Positions 55,031-64,000 of a DNA stretch of 64,000 nt are shown piece after piece. Where the stretch lies: positions 91,884,001 to 91,948,000 of the forward strand of contig NC_043004.1 in the NCBI RefSeq assembly GCF_006345805.1. The letters run 5' to 3'. Position numbers and translations under genes: made by a program. Position 1 is the first letter of the stretch. Every line of letters starts with the position of its first letter. The notes below the pieces were generated by a model. The model saw only the letters and a program-made list of their open reading frames with translations, was not told the DNA's origin and made no database searches. This DNA is from Octopus sinensis (taxonomy: Eukaryota).

Positions 55031-55899
55031 TGTACACACATAGGTACATATATCCTGTCTTGAGAATATATATGAATATATGACTCAACACATTATATTG
55101 TTGACCGAACCTTCATGTAAATACACATATAGACCTACGTAGGATACTCTCATGCATATATACACACATATATAAACATATACATACATAGTGATACATA
55201 GATATATACACCCAAAAGAAACACACATGCGCGCACACATTCACACATTGTATATCAGACAAAACGTGTGAGCGGATGCCTAGAAGACCACCAATCTCCA
55301 ACGAGATTGTTGGTGGTCTAGGCGTGTGCTCTCACATTGTTTCCCGTTGTATATCAATTGCTGGCAATTACTGTAACACAGAGAATATTAAATTTTCCTG
55401 TAGCGACAGGAAAATTTTCCTGTCGCTACATCTTTCCCGTAATTGACAGATTTTACTTTAATTTTCTTTTCTCTCTTTTACTGAAACTTACCACTTGTTA
55501 TTAATAAATGCACCCATCAATTCTCTTTTTATTAATTCTTTAATTATCCCTGAAATCTATGCCGGGAATGCTACATTGCGACTCCATGATTCAGGATTCA
55601 TTTTTCCTGGTTCTTTTTAAAGTCTTATCTAAGTTGACTGCACACATCACAAATGTTTGGTCTGTGTAGCGAACTATCCGGAAATATGAACGAGTTACAT
55701 AGTTACGTTATATTTATCCAGTGACTTAATGAAAACTCGGTCTACGTATGATATGGATGATTCACCGCGTTTGTCTTGAAGTCGAAATTAGTGCTTTCTG
55801 GAAGCCCAGGAAATACTTATTAGGCAGTTGAAAATACTTGTACAGACTGCGAGATGTTTATTCTCCACATACCTATCGACTACTTCCATACAAATCTTG

Positions 55900-57600
55900 C
55901 ATACGTCTAAAAAAACTCATTCCTGTCGTCTACAACTACCATTTCGTGTGAGGCTCCAAGAAAATACTCGAAGCATCTGAAAAAATTCGGCTTTTCAGCA
56001 CTCGTCGGAACATAAATGGCTCCCAGACTGAAAGCACTATCGCCTCCATTTCTCCTCAGCTCTATGGCCACAGCCCTAACCTCTGGATTTATGAAACTGT
56101 ATTTATATCTAGATTCATGCATTTCCGAAACACTTCTGTCACTCTATTCGGCTCGAAAGAGGCGTTGGCCTCCTAGTCATCGAGAAGTAGAGCGAACGAG
56201 CTTATCTCAGAAACCTTGGTTTTTGTTTGTCTCTTTAGTATTGCAATTTTTCCTCAAATATCGGAAGACTCCTGGTGCCATCTGCATCAACAACTTGTTT
56301 TTGTCTTTGATAGAAATTCATTTATTTTCGCCCTGTCGGTTGTTGCCATTATACTTCTGTACAAACTTTATTAAATCTCTGATGTCCTTTCCAACAACAG
56401 CGGATTTATGGAGAGTTAAGTCTTGTTTTGTTTCCTCTTTAATTTTCGCTAGTGCTAGTGCTGCAACTGAGCCTTTTGTTTTTGTATCTTATGCTGCTGT
56501 GATAGTTGTAATTATTGTTGTTTTTGTTATTGCTTCTTTTGATACTGCTGCTGCTGATGTTGTTATTCGTGGCTAGTCAGCTGATTCGTTTCTTTCGCTT
56601 TGTTATTTTGTTTATCTTTTTGGTGAAATTGCCAGCTTCTTTTTATACATGAAGTCTAGAAGTCATGATTGTGTTTCTCCTGCCACCTCCTCTTCTGTTA
56701 TGATGATATCTCTTTAGTTTCTACTTTTCTTCTAACTCTGAGCTTCTGTCTTCTTCATTCGAGGAATCGGAAGGTGTTAAGGTGATATCTGTGTATGACT
56801 GCGCTTGGTCGTTTGTGTTCAAGGTTTTATGTATGTTGTTTTGTTTTGGTCATTTTATGAACGGTTATCATTATAATTTCTAATTTTCTCAAAACGTTGT
56901 TACCAATGTTCTCGCTGCTGTGGATATTAGGTAAAAGGGATTGAGAAGACAGATGCAGCGGGAAGCGTCTTTTAACTTACTTTTCTTCTTTGTGAGACAG
57001 AGGACTGTAAGTTCTATTCTCATGGTGCATTCGGACTTCCCAAACTCGAGTAGCTCCGCATTTCCTCCTACTCATAAAAGCAGGGCCATTCGTGAAAGTT
57101 GAGACAACTCCAGTTGTCTCGACACAAAACATTGTTTATTAAGTGTCATCCAATCAATGGACACGATTCTAACATGTGATGTTTTTCACTCCCCCCATCG
57201 TTTATTATTTAAGCTTACGTCGATTCGTCCGAAGGGGCACTTTGGATTCAACCAGGTGACGATAGATATACATCGACTCATTGTTGTGGAGTTACTCTTT
57301 TCGCCTTAGCACACTTACTCTGGTTCCTTTTCATCGTAGACAATTTAAGTTAGAGTTCGCCATTCTGCCCTTCGGTTTGGAATTGTTACAATATTTTCTT
57401 CGTTCGTTTATAAAGTTGTTACCTGAGCACAATATCATTATTCGCTTACTTTATAACAAAAGTTGCCAACATCTTCAGGCACAATTAACACCTGGAACTC
57501 CAAAGACACCCCCTCCCATCCGATTTTACAGTGTGGTGGGTTTTGGTCCTGTGACCAACCCGTTTTTTACGACTATAGTTAACACTTAGGTTTCGTTCAA
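55900..57600 (-). mobile_element. Degraded APE-type LINE (L1/Tx1-like) 5' part
   Basis: The endonuclease-like fragment SLGAIYVPTSAEKPNFFRCFEYFLGASHEMVVVDDRN at 55907-56122 is the supported part. The upstream extent is inferred from composition. Confidence 0.5.
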
Positions 57601-58689
57601 AGTTCAAAGGTATTCCTGACATAAAGTGGAGATATCACTGTATTGAGATGCGTAGATTCTCCACTCTGGAAACTGTGGAGACGATGAAGACTCAGCGTGT
57701 CTCCTTTTCACAGTGGTAAATTGTCACCACTGCTCCGTACTTTGTCCCTCTTGCTCCACATACAGCAAAGGCCCTATTTCTAATGCAGGTACGCGACCGC
57801 AAGTATTAGTCATGTATTAATGTCGAATTAATCAATTTAAGTAATTAACTGGTACTTTATTTTATCGATCCTGAAGGGCATAAATCGACTTCAGCGGAAT
57901 CATAACAGTAACATCTGTAACCGAATATCACAGGGCATTTTATCCGACAAGCTACTGATTCTGCTATTTTGATTGATGATGATATTGCTTGTAGTGGAGA
58001 TGGTCTATACAAACGACAAATTCTTATTCCAGAAAATAAATTGGGTTCATGTTTAAGTCAGAAAATAACATTAAAAAGTGAACAACCATGCGACTGTCCA
58101 TGATTCAGTTTGGGTGAGTTTAACATAAAATATTTATCCAACGACGTCTGTTATTTACAGGACATTATTTTCGAAGATAACATCTGAAGTCCTTCAATTT
58201 CAAATATCGGACGTCTGCACGCTTTAATGAATCTAGTAATAAATGTTCTGGCATTATTAATGTTTTAGATAGAACAACTGATAACAACAATGTTTTCTTG
58301 ATTTACTAACAGTAACGTGTTTTCTAATCATAAAAATAATATCTCATTTAATCTTATAAAAATTATTCTAAAACTAAAGCGAACTGCGCGGAGTTTTGGA
58401 TGATTATGAACGCCTAAACATCTTATCTGTTTATAATACAACTAAACCATATGTCACTCTATTTTACTGAAAACATGTAGTTGTTTAAAAGCGTGATAAA
58501 TTGCAGTTAGCAGTCTCTTAGGTAATTTATAAAGCATAACAATACCCCCACAAATAGTCAGTATACCGTACGATTAAATGATATCATTAATGTGGTTAAA
58601 TGGCAGAGTCATGAGAGCGTGAGAAGAAATGTTTTGTGGTATTCTTCTTCCAGCCTTCTCGATAAACTGAGATCCTGCAAGATCAAATT

Positions 58690-60395
58690 TACAATTCATT
58701 ATTTCTGGGTCTCTAAGTAAGTATCTTTCCAGGGTGATGATTTAGCGAAACTGTTAGAACATCGAACGGGATGCATGGTAATATCTGTTCCAGCTTCTTG
58801 CGTTCATGACAGTAATGTCTGTGACAAAACTGGTGCGAATTTGTATCAGCCCCTTTCTTTTCTTTCTTATTGGTGTGGAGATAAGATACTTCCATGCATG
58901 GATAACTGCTGCTCTTTCAGAAAAAGAAAGCCTTTTCAGGCCTGCACCTATGAGACAAATTTTCATTTTACAGATCTATGATCTCTCAAGACACAGCTTG
59001 ACCTCACTGGCTATAGTATTATCTGTCTGCTGTGTTTTATTCAAATAGTCTCGATGTCGCAAAATTTAAAACCAAAATATGAAATATGATGACAATAATT
59101 GGTTTTCGGTTACTTCCTCACAGACTACTTTGATATTATCCATGATGTTATTTTCGGATCTCATGTTATGGTAGTTTATCTAGAAGTCCCTGATTGATTG
59201 TTTATGTTGCAAAAAAGCAACATAAATAATCAACAGGTTCTTTGGTCATATGTACAATCAATAAGTTTGAGGCCATATGTATATATGAAATTGCGACAGA
59301 TAAATAGGCTTTCATATTAGAAATTATACCTTGATCCATGAGCTGCATTAAGGAAATATATTTGAGTGGGTGTAGGCAAACTTTTTCGACAAGAACGCTG
59401 CACGAAAGGTTGCAAGATTCTTTAGCATGACCTGTAGTTTTATCAAGCACCAGTAATTCTTTCGGCTTGAAGTTATAATGCTTTCACTGTTAGTCAAAGC
59501 ATACCCTAAACCACAATGTGAAATGTTGTAATATCTCCCAGACTTCTTTATTTGATTTCCAAATCACAGGCATTTTTATGTTGCAAAAAAAAAAAGAGCA
59601 ACATAAACAATCATGTTCTTTGGTCGCATTTTTGAAATCCTTCTTATGCTTCTGAGTAATAAACGAGCATTGACCTTCAATATAAAATCACTTGGAGAAT
59701 TACCTCCAAATTCTCTAGAAAAACGATGACGCAGTGGTGATCTCATTCTTGCTCACAACATCATAAGCGGAAAGTGTAACCTCTCGAAAGAGCTGTTCTT
59801 CACTCCTGCTCCAGAGCGTCGGCTGCGGGGTCACTCCGAAAAGCTCTACCTGCGACGATTTCATCTCAATCGAAGGAGAGGGGCTTTCTCCGTCCAGGTT
59901 GCGGATCCGTGGAATAAGCTGCCGGACGAGATAGTGAAGATGCCGACGACCGCTCGGTTCAAAGTCTCCCTTGACCACAAATGGCCTGAACTCTCTACAT
60001 GAATACCACCCTGTACATAACTCCATGTCCCCCTACATGGCCTTGCTTTTTGCGTTTTGAGCCAAAAAATTAACTAACTAACTAACAAATATTAGTGTGA
60101 AACTCCTTTTTAGTCTAGAATACATGGCATTCTTTTCTAAAGCTGGGTTGTTTCATCGACATTGAATACAAGTTGGGAAGGAAGCTCGATGATAACCTCA
60201 AGAACTTGAGGAAATTCTTTGATTTTCTAGATGTCTATCTTTGTGACTTCGTTAAAGATTTGGACACTCTGTAAGTTATATCACTGTTTCAGTCCATTAA
60301 ACCAGCCACTACCAATTCTGAAAGCTTCTGAATTATCTTTGACTTTTATTTATAAGTTATTGACGATGCTCCTTGCTTTTCCATTTTGTTAAATT
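58690..60395 (-). mobile_element. Tigger/pogo-family transposase remnant, interrupted by CR1
   Basis: Minus-strand fragments IGSGWFNGLK, VFNVDET, FTLIFGGNSPSDFILK and MQLMDQGIISNMKAY. Confidence 0.8.
59712..60086 (+). mobile_element. CR1-clade LINE 3' end with (TAAC)n tail
   Basis: LEKR*RSGDLI...LRGHSEKL...FSVQVADPWNKLPDEIV...FKVSLD. AAAT is duplicated at 59708-59711 and 60087-60090. Confidence 0.88.
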
Positions 60396-60479
60396 AGCTT
60401 GATGTGATGTTGCACTGCGTGTACTAGTCCACCTGTATAGATCACCCCCACCAGAAAAACATCACCCCCACCAGAAAAA

Positions 60480-60612
60480 AAACTTACTTGGTAAGTTTTG
60501 TTCAGCCCGAGGCTACAGTAGAAGACACTTGCCGAAGGTATCAGTAGTGGGACTGAAGCCAGAACCATGTAGTTGGGAAGCAAGCTTCTTTCCACAGAAC
60601 CACGCCTGCGCC
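60480..60612 (-). mobile_element. SINE family B head/core
   Basis: Family match. Confidence 0.75.
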
Positions 60613-61299
60613 TATGCAGTATTTTTCCACCTTTTTACAGTCTGAGTCGAAATACTGTCGAGGTCAACTTCAAATTCATCCTTTCAGGGTCGGTAAAATG
60701 AATCACCAGTCAAATAGTAGGTTCGACATAATCGAATCACTGCCTAAAATCGAATAAATCCCTAAAAATTTCTTGAAACTATTAATTACACTTTTGTGTA
60801 TTTATTGCAATAAACATTTTTATTTTATTTTAATAACTTTTACTATGAAAGGAAATCAAAGTCTTGAAGCAACACAAAAGAGGAAGAGACGATTCAAACA
60901 AAGGATGAGAGCACAATATTGAAAATAAGAGAAAGTTTAAAGTAAAATCAACGGAAAAGATCACTTAGCACGAAACGTGTAGGAAGCCTGTGTTATTAAA
61001 AAGAAAATCATCAGATACGAAGAGAAAACATAATGAATAGAGAAATGACTGTATGTGACAACATCAAGAGAGAGAGAAGAACAACAGAACAAAATAATAT
61101 GAACGAAGGTTGGATAACAGGGGAAACTTCAAGAAAGAACAAAAGGTAATGAGAAAGCGTGATCGACGAATAGTTACTCAACTTGAGAAATACTCAAATA
61201 AGAAGGCAACGCCAAAGGAGATTTGGTGCTCCTATGATTCGATTTCACATTGAACAGGATTGTGCCTCATAATCTTAATCCGTTGTCAAGCTGATTATC

Positions 61300-61915
61300 G
61301 AGTGTCTGTGTGGTAAGTAGCTTGATTACGAACCTATTTCTTTATTACCCACAAGGGGCTAAACACAGAGGGGACAAACAAGGACAGACATAGGTATTAA
61401 GTCGATTACATCGACCCCAGTGCGTAACTGGTACTTAATTTATCGATTCCGAAAGGATGAAAGGCAAAGTCGACCTCGGCGGAATTTGAACTCACAACGT
61501 AACGCAGACGAAATACGGCTACGCATTTCGCCCGGCGTGCTAACGTTTCTGCCAGCTCGCCGCCTTGATTATGAACCATTGCGTGGCACCTTGGGCAAGT
61601 GTCTTCTACTATAGCCTGAGGCTGACCAAAGCCTCGTGAGTGAATTTGGTAGAGAGAAACTGAAAGAAGCCCGTTGTATATATGTATATATACATATGTT
61701 TGTGTGTTTGTCCCCCCCCCCAACATCACTTGACAACCGATGCTGGTGTGTTTACATCCCCCGTAACTTAGAGGTTCGGCAAAAGAGACTGATAGAATAA
61801 GTACTAGGCTTTCAAAGAATAAGTCATGGGATCGATTTGTTCGACTACAGACGGTGCTCCAGCATGGCCGCAGTCAAATGACTGAAACAGGTAAAAGAGA
61901 AAAGAGTAAAAGAGA
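61300..61915 (+). mobile_element. SINE family B interrupted by a family A (beta) copy at 61335-61564 (-)
   Basis: 13-bp TSD TTGATTA(C/T)GAACC at 61322-61334 and 61565-61577. Confidence 0.9.
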
Positions 61916-62345
61916 ACGAAATGATGTAATGAAAACATAACTTAAAGCAATAACTAAGAGTAAGAGAATTTATAAAAGGTAGAATTTTTGCGGATCCCGC
62001 TAGGTATTAGTCCTTTTACTCGAGAAGAAGATATATCCATTTAAAATTTAATTATCCTTAACTGCGGATTGCTGTCAATATATCAATCTATCTTTTGTCG
62101 AGGAATGTTATATTTAAAACTATTTGCTGTTGAGACATGTCAAGTTTATTGAGGTAGCGTAACCTTCAGAATAAAACAATTCTATCTTCCATTTTTTCTC
62201 CTTTTGATAGATATTTAGCGTTATTATTGGAATAACTTTGAACCTTAATTTCGCAGTGGAAGCGTTAAAATAATGTATTATTATTCTACTAGAAATATTG
62301 TCTCCAACATAAAGAATGCTATAGCTATTCAGCACTAAACAGAGT

Positions 62346-62595
62346 AGTCATCATCATCATTGTTCGACCGTGGTCGAGACAATGGAATTTACCATGCTAC
62401 GCTAGACTTCACGGTCCATCATGACATTACGGAGGTCCTGTTGCTGGATGCCTGTATCCCTGGAGATTACATTGGGGTAGGAGAGTGTGCGCCCTCTGGT
62501 ATTGCGAGTACATGGCTTCCAGAGGAGAAGAGTAGAAATTGCCAGAGTAGTACCAAGCGGTGTATTACCGTACGCCAACCAACAACACCATAAGA
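62346..62595 (-). mobile_element. RTE-clade LINE 3' end with (GAT)n tail
   Basis: Minus strand RTLSYPNVISRDTGIQQQDLRNVMMDREV*RSMVNSIVSTTVEQ*, then GATGATGA. Confidence 0.7.
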
Positions 62596-63729
62596 AACAT
62601 AATTAACCAATATATTTACTAGGAAAGCAATCTCTTATGTTCACAGTGTAAGTGAAAGACGAGTCTCAATAAGTATCGAACACTCCATGGCTGATTAAGC
62701 TTGCCAAGATCTTACTAGGACTCCTGACGACTAAATCTGGTTTCTGGGTGTGTCCAAAAGAATTTCTTTCTTCTTAAATTTATAAGAATTTTAATGATAA
62801 TTCGAAGATGCAGGGATAATAATTAGAATTAATTCTATTTAATTCGACTTCTATAACCATATTTCTTCTTGTCTTCTACATCTGTACGTTATCTTCTTTC
62901 TTTATTAATTTCTTTTTGCTTCATTTTTTTCTTATTCTTCACCAGTACCACCTTCACCGTTGCCGCCATCACCACCATCACCTTCTAAATACCAATTTGA
63001 ATTGATTAATGGCTGTGTCACCGTTGTATTAATTCGAGTTAGTTGAAGACACGGTCTCTACTTCGGTATTAGTAATTCTCTCCGACAGTCTCTTTCATAT
63101 AATTTGAAATAATTTCTCGATAGATTGGATAAAAAAAGAACTTTTCAATGACGGTAGCTAATAAAGTGAATTACTCTTCTGATTTTTGTTGTTGTTATTA
63201 TTGGTACCATTTTCAAATTATATTTTTAAAAAATTATATAATTATAAACAATTCGAATATTAAATATTAAAAATAAAATAGGAATGAAATAGTATGAAAT
63301 TACAGACTTTTTGTGTATTTAAAATACTACGTACATTGATTTTTGCATGAAAGGCAGAAAACATTTTGATATCGGTCACAAACACAAAAATGTTCATATT
63401 CAGTCACACACACGCACACACGCACACATACGCGCGCGCACATAAGCATATATACAGCCATACACATATATACAGCCATGGCAAGAAACTTAACCGAGTG
63501 CAGTAGTATCAAGCTTCCTCATTCATCAAAAGCCAAATTACATGAGAATGGCCATTGAAAAGGCGATGATACTGATAGAGCCACAGCTTTTTCACAACCT
63601 TTGGGCTGAGACGTATAAACGAATAAAGGAATAGAAAGAATATTAATACGAATACTGTGCACATGGATGTACATAAAAATACATTCGTATACACTGACGC
63701 TAACAGAGCAACCCTCGCATGCACAGAAA

Positions 63730-64000
63730 CAAACACACATAATTACATATTCTCTCTCTTTTACTTGTTACAGTCATTTGACTGCAGCCATGCTGGAGCA
63801 CCGCCTTTAGTCGAGCAAATCGAACCCGGGACTTATTCTTTGTAAGCCCAGTACTTATCCTATCGGTCTCTTTTGCCGAACCGCTAAGTGACGGGGACAT
63901 AAACACACCAGCATCGGTTGTCAAGCAATGCTAGGGGGACAAACACAAACACACAAATACACACACACACACACACACCCACATATATATATATATATAT
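63730..64000 (-). mobile_element. SINE family B 3' half (runs off the window end)
   Basis: Tail match to the family. Confidence 0.85.

Noticed and set aside
55267-55336. Imperfect hairpin as a pre-miRNA
   Set aside because: Two 3-nt bulges and a 4-nt loop, with no supporting evidence.
56016-56576. 186-aa + strand ORF
   Set aside because: Antisense to the APE-type LINE fragment. Hydrophobic low-complexity from a GT-rich strand.

Overview
AT-rich, microsatellite-dense animal genomic DNA, most likely octopus/cephalopod. The taxon is inferred from the tRNA-derived SINE families and the repeat landscape, not proven. There is no intact protein-coding gene, and almost every ORF in the track is a translated microsatellite or the antisense strand of a transposon. 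The window is a transposon graveyard. It holds four tRNA-headed SINE families with swapped tails, two Penelope-like (RT/GIY-YIG) remnants, R4/Dong-like, HERO-like, CR1, RTE and APE-type LINE fragments, a near-full-length dead Tc1 and a Tigger/pogo remnant. It also holds mariner and piggyBac MITEs and several short non-autonomous Helitron-like elements. The most notable hidden layer is a set of type-I hammerhead-ribozyme-like motifs with palindromic stem III (best at 15463-15551), tied to Penelope-like terminal repeats and (TA)n-embedded short elements. Also notable are many fold-back palindromes, a Helitron-like insert whose removal restores a mariner C-terminus, and a few strong-consensus micro-exon candidates on the + strand.
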